Origin: Terriglobia bacterium
GTDB taxonomy: Bacteria > Acidobacteriota > Terriglobia > 20CM-2-55-15
Assembly (NCBI GenBank): GCA_965198225.1
Contig: CBDAOY010000004.1
Location: 256,001-320,000, forward strand
Direction of reading: 5' to 3'
Length of the DNA: 64,000 nucleotides
Shown here: positions 9,806 to 20,459 of the stretch, piece after piece
Numbering within the stretch: the first letter of the stretch is position 1
Layout of the letters: the number at the start of each line of letters is the position of its first letter
Notes under the pieces: model-generated
What the model was told of the DNA's origin: nothing
What the model saw: the letters and a program-made list of their open reading frames with translations, nothing else
The model's database searches: none
Program-made: the position numbers and the translations under genes

Positions 9806-11212
9806 CTAGCCGGGTTCTGCCGCGGCCGCGAGCCGGTCCAGAACGTGATCCTGGATCCATTTCGGATCCCACCATTCGATGGGGTTGACGGGGACGCCGT
9901 GGAGGAACAGGCCGAAGTGCAGGTGGTCTCCGCCGGCAAGGCCGGTGGCTCCGCTGCGGCCGAGGATCTCCTCTTTCCCGACCATCTGTCCGACCTCGAC
10001 ATCGATCGAGCTCATGTGGGCATACAGGGAAACCAGGCCGGCGCCATGGTCGATGGCAACCGAGTTGCCGTAGATGCCGAAGTAATCGGCGAGGATCACC
10101 CTGCCCGCATTGGCGGCTTCGATGGGGTAGCGTTGGACGACCGACAGGTCGAAGCCGACGTGATCCTGCCGATCGACCTCTTCACCCTGGTACATGTAGG
10201 TCCGCCGGTCGGCGAAGGAGGATTCCACCTGTGAGTTGCTCAGCTGCAGGAACGCACCCTCCCAGAGAAGGCGCTCCTCCGATTGCTTTGAGATTTCCGC
10301 CAGTGTTTCGTGATTTTCCCGCCGAAGCCGGCTGTTGATCTCCACGTAGGTATCGATGAGCTCTCCCTGGTCCCGAACCCCGGGGGTACGGCTGACGATT
10401 TCCGGGACGACTTTCTGGAGAAAGGTGTCGGACAACACGATCTGCCGCCGTCTGAATTCGCGGGGCGTCACGCGGTGACCGATCCCGGCCGTAGACTGGT
10501 TCCCGGCCGCGTCGCGGGCGACGAGTTGAACCGGGGTGTCGGCCGGGAGATCGTATGCGAAGGCGAAAAGCGCGAAGCGCAGTTCCGGATCGGCAGGATC
10601 AACCGGGAGACCCGGGAAGAAGTGTGGGCCGACCTGAATGCCGGAGGCCTCCGCGTCGTCCGACACCCGGTAGAGGGCGCACTCGGACCCGCCCTGGTTG
10701 ATGTAGTGCAGCCCGGATAGTGCTTCGAGCCGGGGCGGGTAGATGTCGAACACGAATTCGCGGGTCATCTCGGTTTGGTTCCCGCTGCCGAAGCCGCGTA
10801 GCGCGTAATCGGCCGCGCTGACGCTCAGGCGGGCCGGTCCATCCTGAACCTGGTACTTCTCGGTGATCAGCATCCCGATGTCGTAGGTCCTGGACTTCTC
10901 CGTTCCGGTTCTCCACAGCGCCAACGCTCCCGGCCCGTCGAACGATTCTTCGACGAGGACGACTTCGCCGTCGTCCTGCGCCAGGACGACGCGCACCTTT
11001 TTCAGGCCACTTGCGGGGTCTTCCACTGTCAGTGCGAGGGCGGGGGTCCGGCCAAGGGCTTCGAATTCCCGGTCGAACAGGACCCGGGGCTCCCGGCTCT
11101 CCAGGCGCGGGTAACCCAGCGCGACTACGACCACGAGGGCCAGGGTTGCGGCGACACCCAGTCGGACAATCAGGGTCTTGCTTGAGAGGGCCGGCTTCGT
11201 GTGTCTGATCAT
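9806..11212 (-). CDS. M23 family metallopeptidase
   Basis: HVGFD (HxxxD), YGN, SLYAHMS and HLHF motifs; N-terminal TM anchor. Confidence 0.92.
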   Translation of the reverse strand: MIRHTKPALSSKTLIVRLGVAATLALVVVVALGYPRLESREPRVLFDREFEALGRTPALALTVEDPASGLKKVRVVLAQDDGEVVLVEESFDGPGALALWRTGTEKSRTYDIGMLITEKYQVQDGPARLSVSAADYALRGFGSGNQTEMTREFVFDIYPPRLEALSGLHYINQGGSECALYRVSDDAEASGIQVGPHFFPGLPVDPADPELRFALFAFAYDLPADTPVQLVARDAAGNQSTAGIGHRVTPREFRRRQIVLSDTFLQKVVPEIVSRTPGVRDQGELIDTYVEINSRLRRENHETLAEISKQSEERLLWEGAFLQLSNSQVESSFADRRTYMYQGEEVDRQDHVGFDLSVVQRYPIEAANAGRVILADYFGIYGNSVAIDHGAGLVSLYAHMSSIDVEVGQMVGKEEILGRSGATGLAGGDHLHFGLFLHGVPVNPIEWWDPKWIQDHVLDRLAAAAEPG

Positions 11213-11292
11213 GCGACATTCCTACCAGAGCGGGGGATCGATTCTGGTCCCTTTAGGGTATGATCCTCTGACACTTACATGGGAGGGATGAC

Positions 11293-12534
11293 ATGCGGTG
11301 GAATGTGTTCATCGTCGCAGCGGTACTTGGCTTGATCGTGGGTTGGGGCCCCCCGGCAGCGGCCGGACAGGCGCCGGGAGCCCAGGCCGCCGAGCAGGAA
11401 GACCCGGTGGCGGAGCTTGTCGGGCGATTGAGCCTCGAAAGTTACAAGGAAACGCTCCGGGGACTGGCTCAGTTTGGCGACCGCCGGCAGGGCACGGATC
11501 GGAACCGGGCCGCGGTCGACTGGATCGAGCAACAGCTCGAAAGCTTCGGTTGCTCGACTGACAGGATCCACTACGAGTACAACCCGACACCCCGTAGGGG
11601 CGGAGGCGGAGGTCGTGGACGTCGTCCCACGCGGGATCCCGTGATCGCCAGCGGGGAGATCCGCAACGGTCCGGGCGGGTCCCGGTACTACGGCATCACG
11701 CGGCGGACGGGCGTGAACAACGACGCTGACGCCCAGCCGGACGAAAGGCTCCGTGAGCTCAACCGGCAGCCGACGACCCCCGGCGCGCGCGAAGAAGTCT
11801 ACTGCACGAAGGTCGGTTCGACCCGCCCGGACGAGATGTACATCATCGGCGCGCACATGGATGGACACGGCTGGGGCGAGGCCCTGAACGACAACGGGTC
11901 GGGGACCGCACTGGTGATCGAGCTCGCACGCGTCCTGAACATGCCCGACGTCGAGACCGAACGGACGATTCGGTTCGCTCTGTGGAACAACGAGGAAACC
12001 GGTCTGAACGGTTCCCGAGCCTATGTGGAACAGCGTGCGGAACTCCAGGGCATCGAAAACCCGCCTGGGTCGGGACGGTTTCCAGAACCAAACTGGATCG
12101 GAATGATCCAGCACGACATGATGATGTGGGACCATGGCATGCCTCGTGTGGACGGCACGTGGAACCCGGAGCAGCGACCCGAAGCCGACGTCAACATCGA
12201 ATTCCAATCCAATTCAAAGTTCTCCGATCGGGCGATGAGGCTCGCGTTCTTCTTCCGCGCCGCCAACGAGCAGTACGCCACGGATTATCCGGCGGCGGTC
12301 GGGCCTCACATGACCAACACCGACTCGACGCCATTCATGAACCTGGTCCCATCGATCAGCCTTCGTGAAAACGAGCGCGGGATGCACACCGGGGCTGGAT
12401 GGAACCCGACCTGGCATCAGCCGATCGATGTGTTCCCCACGTTCAGCGACAAAGACTTTCGGCTCGGGCTGAATGCCGCGCAGACGACGCTGAGCGCCGT
12501 CAGCCAACTGGCAGGTGCGACGCCGAAGCAATAG
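11293..12534 (+). CDS. Secreted M28 family peptidase
   Basis: GAHMD, NDNGSG, NNEETGLNGS and HDMMM motifs; signal peptide; GGAGG RBS. Confidence 0.9.
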   Translation: MRWNVFIVAAVLGLIVGWGPPAAAGQAPGAQAAEQEDPVAELVGRLSLESYKETLRGLAQFGDRRQGTDRNRAAVDWIEQQLESFGCSTDRIHYEYNPTPRRGGGGGRGRRPTRDPVIASGEIRNGPGGSRYYGITRRTGVNNDADAQPDERLRELNRQPTTPGAREEVYCTKVGSTRPDEMYIIGAHMDGHGWGEALNDNGSGTALVIELARVLNMPDVETERTIRFALWNNEETGLNGSRAYVEQRAELQGIENPPGSGRFPEPNWIGMIQHDMMMWDHGMPRVDGTWNPEQRPEADVNIEFQSNSKFSDRAMRLAFFFRAANEQYATDYPAAVGPHMTNTDSTPFMNLVPSISLRENERGMHTGAGWNPTWHQPIDVFPTFSDKDFRLGLNAAQTTLSAVSQLAGATPKQ

Positions 12535-12727
12535 GCGACGACACGCCTTCCGGCGCCAAATCAGGGTGGCAGTAACCTCGCGCGTTCGCGAGACGTAGTC
12601 AATAGGGGAGCCACAGAGACGTTTTTACAAACCTTAACCGGACGACGCTTGAAATCGGGATCACGAGCATGCTTCTCTCAGAAGGTGCTCCTTCTTTGTC
12701 GTGTCTTGTGTTCGAGCGCGCCTGTGG

Positions 12728-13477
12728 ATGAGTAACGTCACCACAACCGAGACCCGCAGCAGCGGTTTTGAAATCAAGTTCGTTCTCGACGCGCCGGTCG
12801 CCGAGGGTATTGTCGATTGGGCGCGCGCCAACCTGAAGCCCGATCCCCACGCTTCGGGCCCCTGGGGTGACGAGTACCTCACCACAAACCTCTACTTCGA
12901 CACCGACGCTTTCGACACCTTCCATCGCCGCGGTTCCTACGGCCGTGCCAAGTATCGCACCCGCCGCTACGGCGACGACGAGAGCCTTTTCCTGGAGCGC
13001 AAGTTGAGGAAGGCCGAGCGCGTGAACAAGCGGAGAACGAAGGTTCGCGTCGACGAGATGAGCCGGCTCAACGGAAGCGAGAGGGTGTCGGGGTGGGCTG
13101 GCAAGTGGTTCCACCGTCGCTTGCGGCTGCGGAGTCTTCAGCCCGTGTGTCAGGTTGCCTACCGGCGGATGGCGCGTGTCGCCACCGGGGTGCACGGACC
13201 GATCCGTCTCACGGCCGACCGCGACATCCGCGTCTGGCCGACCAGGGAGCTGACCTTCGTCAACGGCACCGGGAGGCCGATCGAAGAGTCGAAGGTCCTG
13301 GTCGAGTTCAAGTTCGCCGTCGCCATGCCTGCACTGTTCGAGGAACTCGTCGAAGATTTCAAACTGGAACCGGTGCAGGTGTCGAAGTACCGCGTGGGCG
13401 TCGGTGCGCTCTACGGGCTCGAAGACTCCGCCGACGCCGAGCTGGTGCGCGACGTCGGAGGTTCTGGCGATGCCTGA
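12728..13477 (+). CDS. VTC (polyphosphate polymerase, CYTH-like) domain protein
   Basis: EIKF (ExK) start, LYFDT, KYRTRRY, FLERK, RLTAD, EFKF and SKY motifs. Confidence 0.85.
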   Translation: MSNVTTTETRSSGFEIKFVLDAPVAEGIVDWARANLKPDPHASGPWGDEYLTTNLYFDTDAFDTFHRRGSYGRAKYRTRRYGDDESLFLERKLRKAERVNKRRTKVRVDEMSRLNGSERVSGWAGKWFHRRLRLRSLQPVCQVAYRRMARVATGVHGPIRLTADRDIRVWPTRELTFVNGTGRPIEESKVLVEFKFAVAMPALFEELVEDFKLEPVQVSKYRVGVGALYGLEDSADAELVRDVGGSGDA

Positions 13478-14168
13478 GTTCCTGCGGGCACAGTTTGAGG
13501 GAGGGTTTGCGTTGTCGCCCCTTACTGTCGCCGTTCGGCTCGTCGCGGCGATGGTCCTGGGCGGTGTCGTTGTGTTCGTCTACAGACGCACCCGGGCGGC
13601 CGAAGATGTCGTTCCGTCGTTTACGACGACGTTGCTGCTTCTTGCGATTCTTATCGCGATGGTGACGCAGGTGATCGGCGACAACGTGGCCCGTGCGTTC
13701 AGTCTCGTCGGCGCCCTGTCCATCGTCCGGTTTCGTACGGTTGTTCGAGACACGCAGGATACCGCTTACGTCATTTTCGCCGTCGTCGTCGGTATGGCCG
13801 CGGGCGCCGGCGATCCGTGGGTGGCCGGGATCGGAATCTTCATCGTATCGTTTGCCGCCTACCTGGCGCGCAGCTCGCAGGGAGCTCCTGTGATACAGGC
13901 GATCGAGGGCGGGGAGACATGCACACTCAAGCTGAAGGTTGGGCTCGGACACGATGTGAACCGAGGGGTCGTTCCCGTCATCGACGAGCATCTCTCCGGG
14001 CGACGCCTCAAATCGATGGGAACGTCGGCGGAAGGCTCGGCCATCGATGTCGCTTACGAGGTGGACCTTCCGGCGGACGATTCCGCCGAGGCGTTGATCA
14101 AAGCACTGAACCAGCTGGACGGCGTACAGAACGTGCAAATACAGCGTCGCAAACCAAAGGGGAATTGA
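13470..14168 (+). CDS. DUF4956 / MgtC-like membrane protein with ACT-like C-terminus
   Basis: VIGDNVARAFSLVGALSIVRFRTVVRDTQD signature; overlaps the VTC stop. Confidence 0.85.
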   Translation: MPEFLRAQFEGGFALSPLTVAVRLVAAMVLGGVVVFVYRRTRAAEDVVPSFTTTLLLLAILIAMVTQVIGDNVARAFSLVGALSIVRFRTVVRDTQDTAYVIFAVVVGMAAGAGDPWVAGIGIFIVSFAAYLARSSQGAPVIQAIEGGETCTLKLKVGLGHDVNRGVVPVIDEHLSGRRLKSMGTSAEGSAIDVAYEVDLPADDSAEALIKALNQLDGVQNVQIQRRKPKGN

Positions 14169-14181
14169 GGAGGGCAAGACT

Positions 14182-15702
14182 ATGAAAGCACTCGCCGGCT
14201 TCATCGCGGCATCGACCGCCTGTTTCGCCGTGATTGCGATCACCCACGGATCTACCGCCGAGCTAACGCAGCGGGCCGGTCGAGGCCGAGGAGGCGGCGA
14301 TCCCACTGCCGGTCTGGTCGAGTTGGAGATCGTCGACCGGTTCGACACGGATGGCGATGGCATGCTGAATACCGAAGAACGCGTTCCAGCCCGTGAGTTC
14401 ATGGCGAGTCAACCCGCCCGGCGCGGCCCCCGGGGGGATCGCCCGCCGGCGCCCGAACCCGGCGCCATGCTGTCACCGGAAGATGTGACGATCTATGACA
14501 ACGAGCCGCTCTACGACATGTCGGTGCTGCGCACCCTGTTCTTCGAATTCGAGAGCGAGGAGTGGGAGGATGAACTCGGCGTGTTCCGGTTCTCGGACGT
14601 CGAGATACCCGCCACCCTGAGGGTCGACGGCGGGGTCTACAACGATGTCGGCGTCTCGTTCCGGGGCGCGTCGTCGTACTTCACGGTGTGGCCGGGACTC
14701 AAGCGTTCACTGAACGTGTCGCTCGATCTGGTGCTTGGTGATCAGCGGCTCGCCGGCCACCGCACGCTGAACCTGCTCAACTCGCACGCAGACCCGACGT
14801 TTCTGCGTTCCGTGCTCTGCTTCGAAGTATCGCGCGACTACCTGCCGGCTCCGAGGGCCAACTTCGTACGGGTGGTCATCAACGGCGAAAGCTGGGGCGT
14901 GTACGTGAACTCCGAACAGTTCAACAGCGATTTCGTGCGCGATTCCTTCCAGACCAGAGGCGGCGCCCGCTGGAAAGTGAAGGGCAATCCTCGTGGCGGA
15001 CGTGGCCTCGAATACTTCGGCCCCGACGTCGCCGCTTACAAGCGTGTGTACGATATCAAGACGAAGGACGATCCGGATTCCTGGACCGACCTCATCGAGC
15101 TGACTCGTGTGTTGAACGAGACGCCGCCGGAGGGGCTTGAAGCCGCCCTCGATCCTATACTCGACATTGACGGGGTCCTGAAGTTTCTCGCCCTGGACGT
15201 CGTGCTCCTCAACGGCGATGGATACTGGACCCGGGCGAGCGATTACAACATCTATCAGGATCCGGACGGGCGGTTCCACCTGGTTCCTCACGACGCCAAC
15301 GAGACATTCCGTGTCCCCGGGGTCGGGGGGCGTGGTGGGGCAGGCGGCCGGGGCCCCCGCGGAGGGTTTCGCGGCCGCGGTGGGAGAGGGGGTCGCGTCG
15401 GCCCACGGGCGACCATCGATCTCGATCCTCTCGTCGGCCTCGACGACGCGGGCAAGCCGCTACGCTCGAAACTGTTGGCTGTACCGGCCCTGCGGGAACG
15501 GTATTTGGGTTACGTGCGTGACATCGCGACGAAGTGGCTCGACTGGGAGAAGCTGGAACCGATCATCGAGCGCTACCGCGCAATCATCGCTGCCGACGTG
15601 GAGGCCGACACCCGCAAGCTTTATAGCCTCGAAGATTTCCAGCGGGGTGCTGAAGCCTTCAAGAGCTTCGCCGAACAGCGGCGGGCCTTCCTTCTCAAGT
15701 AG
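14182..15702 (+). CDS. CotH-family kinase, secreted, with EF-hand and RGG linkers
   Basis: VGVSFRGASS, KRSLNV, VVINGESWGVY and PHDANETF motifs; EF-hand DTDGDGMLNTEE; signal peptide. Confidence 0.88.
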   Translation: MKALAGFIAASTACFAVIAITHGSTAELTQRAGRGRGGGDPTAGLVELEIVDRFDTDGDGMLNTEERVPAREFMASQPARRGPRGDRPPAPEPGAMLSPEDVTIYDNEPLYDMSVLRTLFFEFESEEWEDELGVFRFSDVEIPATLRVDGGVYNDVGVSFRGASSYFTVWPGLKRSLNVSLDLVLGDQRLAGHRTLNLLNSHADPTFLRSVLCFEVSRDYLPAPRANFVRVVINGESWGVYVNSEQFNSDFVRDSFQTRGGARWKVKGNPRGGRGLEYFGPDVAAYKRVYDIKTKDDPDSWTDLIELTRVLNETPPEGLEAALDPILDIDGVLKFLALDVVLLNGDGYWTRASDYNIYQDPDGRFHLVPHDANETFRVPGVGGRGGAGGRGPRGGFRGRGGRGGRVGPRATIDLDPLVGLDDAGKPLRSKLLAVPALRERYLGYVRDIATKWLDWEKLEPIIERYRAIIAADVEADTRKLYSLEDFQRGAEAFKSFAEQRRAFLLK

Positions 15703-15719
15703 CCAAAAACGAATGAGAC

Positions 15720-15751
15720 AAAATGGGGACAGACTCATCTGTCCCCATTTT
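15720..15751. repeat. Palindrome AAAATGGGGACAGA/TCTGTCCCCATTTT, possible bidirectional terminator
   Basis: Perfect 14-bp stem between convergent genes; shares the GGGGACAG core with 5810 and 62427. Confidence 0.6.
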
Positions 15752-15827
15752 TCTCAGTCGCGTAAAAGTCGGGGAACTGACCTCGACTATTGCCCCCTCC
15801 GGGTCTCCCCGCCTCCGTGGTAAATCC

Positions 15828-17150
15828 TTACTGTCCAGTGCGCAGCGCCGCCCGGTCGACCGCGTCCCCTCTCAGGTACACGCTGTCAATCCTGCGCGTG
15901 TTCCTGATGTCGTCCAGAGGATTGGCGTCGAGGACGATGAAATTGGCGCTCTTGCCTCCGGCCACCGTACCCTGATCTGCCAGCATGAGGATTTCCGCGG
16001 AGGTGCTCGTCGCGGCCACGAGGACTTCGGCCGGCGTCATTCCCGCCGTCACCATGTCGGCCATTTCTTCATGAACGTTCCATCCGGCGCCCCGGCCGTC
16101 GGTACCCACGCCGATCCGGACACCTGCGTCCTTCATTCGCACCAAGTTGCGCGCTTGAATCTGGAAGGATTCACTTGGCCCATCCGAGGCTTGGTCAGCC
16201 AGCTGCTCGCGCATGCCTTCGATCTCTTCGGGCGAAAGGGTCTCACTCAGAAAGCCCAAATCGGCTTCCGTCCGTGTTCCGCTGCCCGGGAGGTTGGGTA
16301 TCAGGAAGAAGTCGGGCCGCTCGGCGAGGAGTTCCATGAACTCGTCGTCAACGTCCATGTCGCGGACCCCGTGAGCGAAACCGTCCAGGCCGGCGCGGAC
16401 CAAACCCTTGGCGTCGGCCAGGCTGAAGATGTGCGCCGTCACCCGGAGGCCCTGGTTATGGGCTTCATCGATGATCGCCCCGTAGAGTGCCGGGGTCAGC
16501 TTCTCGACAGTCCCTCTTCTGTCGTCGACCCAGATCTTGACGATATCCACGTTTTGCCCGGCCAGTTCCTGAATCGCGGTGCGGCACTCATCTTCGTTCG
16601 TTACGCCGTAGGCGACGGGTTTCATGTACGCGGAGCCCGGTCCAGCCATCGGCATAGCGATCCCCGCACCGGCGGTGCGGAACAGAGCGGCACCCGGTAT
16701 CGTCTCCTGGCGTAACTGGAACGGCGCCTCGCCCTGATCGCCGCCCATGCTCAGACCGGCAGCGATCCCGTGGTAGGCCATCCGATTCAGCTGGTCGATC
16801 AGGTTTTCCCTGGAATAATTGTCCGCCTCGCTGGTCCTCGCCATCACATCGGTGTATCCCGCGTGGTAATGGAGATCGATGATGGCCGGCATGACGGTCT
16901 TGCCGGTCAGGTCGACGCGTGTCCCGCCGGCCGGCAGCTCCAGCTCTCCGGCGCTTCCGACCGCGGTAAAGCGACCGTTCTCGACGATGAAGGCGGAGTT
17001 CTCGATCGGGCCGCTGTCGTCTCCGATGATGAGTCGCGCTCCTTCGAACAGGACCGCGTCCGACGTCTCCACCGGCGGAGCTTCCTGAGGGCCGCAACCC
17101 GCCACCCAGAGCAGACAACAAAGCGCCACCGCTATTGTTTGCAATCGCAT
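15828..17150 (-). CDS. Amidohydrolase family lipoprotein
   Basis: MPAIIDLHYH, VKIW, TAH, AHG and GTD motifs; lipobox VAGC. Confidence 0.9.
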   Translation of the reverse strand: MRLQTIAVALCCLLWVAGCGPQEAPPVETSDAVLFEGARLIIGDDSGPIENSAFIVENGRFTAVGSAGELELPAGGTRVDLTGKTVMPAIIDLHYHAGYTDVMARTSEADNYSRENLIDQLNRMAYHGIAAGLSMGGDQGEAPFQLRQETIPGAALFRTAGAGIAMPMAGPGSAYMKPVAYGVTNEDECRTAIQELAGQNVDIVKIWVDDRRGTVEKLTPALYGAIIDEAHNQGLRVTAHIFSLADAKGLVRAGLDGFAHGVRDMDVDDEFMELLAERPDFFLIPNLPGSGTRTEADLGFLSETLSPEEIEGMREQLADQASDGPSESFQIQARNLVRMKDAGVRIGVGTDGRGAGWNVHEEMADMVTAGMTPAEVLVAATSTSAEILMLADQGTVAGGKSANFIVLDANPLDDIRNTRRIDSVYLRGDAVDRAALRTGQ

Positions 17151-17459
17151 GAACCCTCCTCACAATCGTGATAATTCCCGTCACCCGATTGTCATGGAAT
17201 GCGCCATTCTACCCCAACCCTTCCGGAGTGGCCCGCACTGTTCGGCAGGTCAGTTTCGTTCCTTTGTCTTGAAACTTTGATTGACCCCGCGCTTCAGCCT
17301 GACAGATGATCGACGAAATCCGGTCTCCGCTGCAGCAGGAATGGCCGGAGAGACATCAGCGCCGTTCGCAATCATGGCGGCGACCGCATCGCGGGAGGAG
17401 CAAATGAAACTCAGAACGACGGTAGGTGTCCTTCCGGAACGGGGAAACTCTGCGAGCGG

Positions 17460-17527
17460 GTATAGCGCTCTCTATGAGCACACATCGTTGCGCCCGGAGA
17501 ATGTGCGGTCGTAGACCGCACCTACAC
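17460..17527. repeat. GTAG-type REP doublet (degenerate left arm)
   Basis: gtgcggtcgtagaccgcacctacac right arm. Confidence 0.7.
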
Positions 17528-17690
17528 CTCGTTCGGCCCACGCGGTTCTCAAACCGTCCGCCACCGTTTTCCTGACGGTGTAACTTTGGTTGCTTCCAAC
17601 CTCTTCCTTTCGTATTATTCGCCCAGTTTCCCAACGCGTACCCTCGGTCCCGGTAGAGGGTATGGAATGGCCAACAGCGCAGGAGGAAAT

Positions 17691-18683
17691 ATGTCCCGGA
17701 TGATCATTTGCTTCGCCTCCATTCTCCTCGTGGCGACGAACACCGTTGCGGCTTCGGCCCAGGGTTCGTTGCTCACGGTCCGCGGCAGAATCTCCTACGA
17801 GCCTCAACCGCCGGACCGAGAATTCCTGATCGAATTGCAGACGAGCGATCGGCGGGTGATCGACACAACCCGCCTGCGTGCGGACAACGAGTTTCAATTC
17901 CAGGGCCTCATAAGCGGCGAGTACTACATCCACATCGACGTCGAAGGGTACCAGGAAGTCCAGCAGTCCTTCGAAATCCGGGGCGGACCAACCTACGTTA
18001 ATGTTTCGCTGCGAGAAAATGTCACGACGATGGCCGCAGCACGGAGCGGTTTTGCCGGCGGCAACCCTAATGTAGTCGATATCGCGGCACTGGCGGCGAA
18101 ACATCCCGAAGAAGCGGTCGAGGAATATGAGAAGTCGCTGGAGGATTCCCGGAAGGGAGACTCGAAGCGCGCGATCGAGAGGCTCGAGAAAGCTCTTCGT
18201 CTCGCCCCGGACTTTTACCAGGCACGGAACAACCTCGGGATTCAGTACCAGCAGTCGAATCGTTATGAGGACGCCGAAAGGGAATTCAGGCAAGCCCACT
18301 CCCTGAACCGGAACGAGGCGCAACCGCTGATCAACATCGGAAACCTCTGGCTGGTGCAGGAGGATTTCCAGCCGGCGTCGATCGTCCTGCGCGAGGCGGT
18401 CCGACTCGATCCCACCTCGGCGGCGGCTTTCTACTACCTGGGGTCGGCGCTGTACAAGACGGCAGCCTTCGAGGAAGCCGAGGGCGCACTGTCCCGTTCG
18501 ATCGACCTCGATCCGGCTTCCTCGCAGGCGAGGTTGATGCTCGTCAACGTTTACATGCAGCAGGAGAGGTACAACGACGCGCTGGCACAGCTGGACACGT
18601 ACCTCGAGCGCAATCCCGACGACGACGACCGGAAGGCGGTGGAGGAAATGCGAGCCACGGTGGCGAAGCTGGCGAACCAGTAA
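17691..18683 (+). CDS. Secreted carboxypeptidase-regulatory-like domain plus TPR protein
   Basis: AGGAGG RBS; beta-sandwich (FQFQGLISGEYYIHIDVEGY) followed by several TPRs. Confidence 0.85.
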   Translation: MSRMIICFASILLVATNTVAASAQGSLLTVRGRISYEPQPPDREFLIELQTSDRRVIDTTRLRADNEFQFQGLISGEYYIHIDVEGYQEVQQSFEIRGGPTYVNVSLRENVTTMAAARSGFAGGNPNVVDIAALAAKHPEEAVEEYEKSLEDSRKGDSKRAIERLEKALRLAPDFYQARNNLGIQYQQSNRYEDAEREFRQAHSLNRNEAQPLINIGNLWLVQEDFQPASIVLREAVRLDPTSAAAFYYLGSALYKTAAFEEAEGALSRSIDLDPASSQARLMLVNVYMQQERYNDALAQLDTYLERNPDDDDRKAVEEMRATVAKLANQ

Positions 18684-18705
18684 GCGCCGAGCTTGGCCGA
18701 TACCC

Positions 18706-20418
18706 TCAGCCGTGCGCCTTGGCCGATCTTTCCACGTCGGACTGGCCTTTCAGGAAACCGAAATCACACCCTTCCTCGGCGCCGAGGACATGCTCGACGA
18801 ACATCTGCCCGTAGCCCCGTGCGTAGCGGGGCGGTCGCGGCTTCCAACGGGCAAGTCGGGCCTGGATTTCCCGGTCTTCGACGAGCAGTTCCAGCTTGCG
18901 GCCCGCGGTGTCCAGACGGATCCGGTCACCGTCACGGACCGCGGCCAGCGGTCCTCCCACCCCCGATTCAGGCGAGACATGCAGGACGACGGTGCCGTAG
19001 GATGTCCCGCTCATCCGGGCGTCGCTTATGCGAACCAGGTCGTTAACGCCCCTCTCGAGCAGCTTCGTCGGCAGCGGCAGGTTTCCCCATTCGGGCATTC
19101 CGGGCGCACCCTTTGGCCCTCCGTTTTTCATCACCATCACCGAGCTTTCGTCGATGTCGAGGTCGGGGTTGTCGACCCGGGCGTGCATGTCTTCGAAGTC
19201 CTCGAAGACGACGGCGACACCCTCGTGCTGGAGCAGATCCGCGGTTGCTGCCGCCTGTTTTAGGATGGCGCCTTTGGGGCAGAGGTTGCCGCGTAACACG
19301 ACCAGGCCCTGGGCGTCGCCCAGCGGCTGCGGTCGTGATGCGATGACGTCGCTGTTGATGGTCTTTGCATCGCTGATGTTCTCTCCGATACTTCTGCCGG
19401 AAACCGTGAGCGCATCCTGGTGGAGCAGGTCCCCCATCTCGCGCATGAGCGCCGGCAGTCCGCCAGCGTAAAAGAAGTCCTCCATCATGTAACGCCCCGC
19501 GGGCCGGAGGTTGACCATCCAGGGCGTCGTTTTCGAGAGCTCGTCGAACAGGGACAGGGGCAGGTCGACGCCGACGCGGCCGGCGATCGCGACGAGGTGG
19601 ATGACCGCGTTGGTCGAACCGCTCAGAGCGTGCAGGACGCGGATGGCATTCTCGAAAGCAATGCGTGTGAGGACATCGGAGGGCTTGATGTCATCGTCGA
19701 CGAGCTGAACTATCCGGCGACCGACAGCTTCCGCCATCTGGTTGCGACGGGAATCTGCGGCTGGGATTGCCGCGGCTCCAGGGAGGGTCATACCCAGCGC
19801 TTCAGTCATGCATGCCATCGTGGACGCCGTTCCCATCACCTGGCAGTGGCCCGAGCTTCGTCCCAGGCAACTTTCCACCTCAGCGACCTGTTCGTCGCTG
19901 AAGCGTCCGACCTTCATCTCGTCGTGGATGCGCCAGCAGTCCGATATCCCGACCTCCTTGCCGTTCCAGTGGCCGTTGAGCATCGGGCCGCCAGTCAGCA
20001 TCAACGCCGGGACGTTCGCGCTGGCGGCACCCATCAGGGCGGCCGGGACCGTCTTATCGCAGCCGCCGAGCATCACGACGCCGTCGATCGGGTAACCGCG
20101 GATGCTTTCTTCCACGTCCATCGCCATCAGGTTGCGATAGAGCATCGCCGTAGGTTTCATCAGCATCTCGCCCAGCGAGATCGTAGGGAACTCCATCGGA
20201 AAACCGCCGGCCTGCCACACTCCGCGCTTGACCGCTTCGGCCACGATCCGCAGGTGGGCGTTACAATTGTTGAGTTCGCTCCAACTGTTGGCGATGCCGA
20301 TGACCGGCCGACCCTGAAAGACCTCTTTGCTGAACCCTTCGCTCCGGATCCATGCTCGATGCATCAGCGCGTCGACGTCATTGCCCGAAAACCAGGTTTC
20401 GCTCCGGTAGCGTGCCAT
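18706..20418 (-). CDS. IlvD/Edd family dehydratase (sugar-acid, AraD-like subgroup)
   Basis: CNAHL, GCDKT, CQVMGTASTM, GSTNA and SDARMSGT motifs. Confidence 0.93.
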   Translation of the reverse strand: MARYRSETWFSGNDVDALMHRAWIRSEGFSKEVFQGRPVIGIANSWSELNNCNAHLRIVAEAVKRGVWQAGGFPMEFPTISLGEMLMKPTAMLYRNLMAMDVEESIRGYPIDGVVMLGGCDKTVPAALMGAASANVPALMLTGGPMLNGHWNGKEVGISDCWRIHDEMKVGRFSDEQVAEVESCLGRSSGHCQVMGTASTMACMTEALGMTLPGAAAIPAADSRRNQMAEAVGRRIVQLVDDDIKPSDVLTRIAFENAIRVLHALSGSTNAVIHLVAIAGRVGVDLPLSLFDELSKTTPWMVNLRPAGRYMMEDFFYAGGLPALMREMGDLLHQDALTVSGRSIGENISDAKTINSDVIASRPQPLGDAQGLVVLRGNLCPKGAILKQAAATADLLQHEGVAVVFEDFEDMHARVDNPDLDIDESSVMVMKNGGPKGAPGMPEWGNLPLPTKLLERGVNDLVRISDARMSGTSYGTVVLHVSPESGVGGPLAAVRDGDRIRLDTAGRKLELLVEDREIQARLARWKPRPPRYARGYGQMFVEHVLGAEEGCDFGFLKGQSDVERSAKAHG

Positions 20419-20459
20419 TATCGACCTCCTTGATGAGTGGGCGTCATAATCGAAGACGG

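Noticed and set aside
17281-17634. Short ORFs in the divergent intergenic gap
   Set aside because: They overlap a REP and show no family signal; at most a remnant start (GGAGG...MKLRTT)
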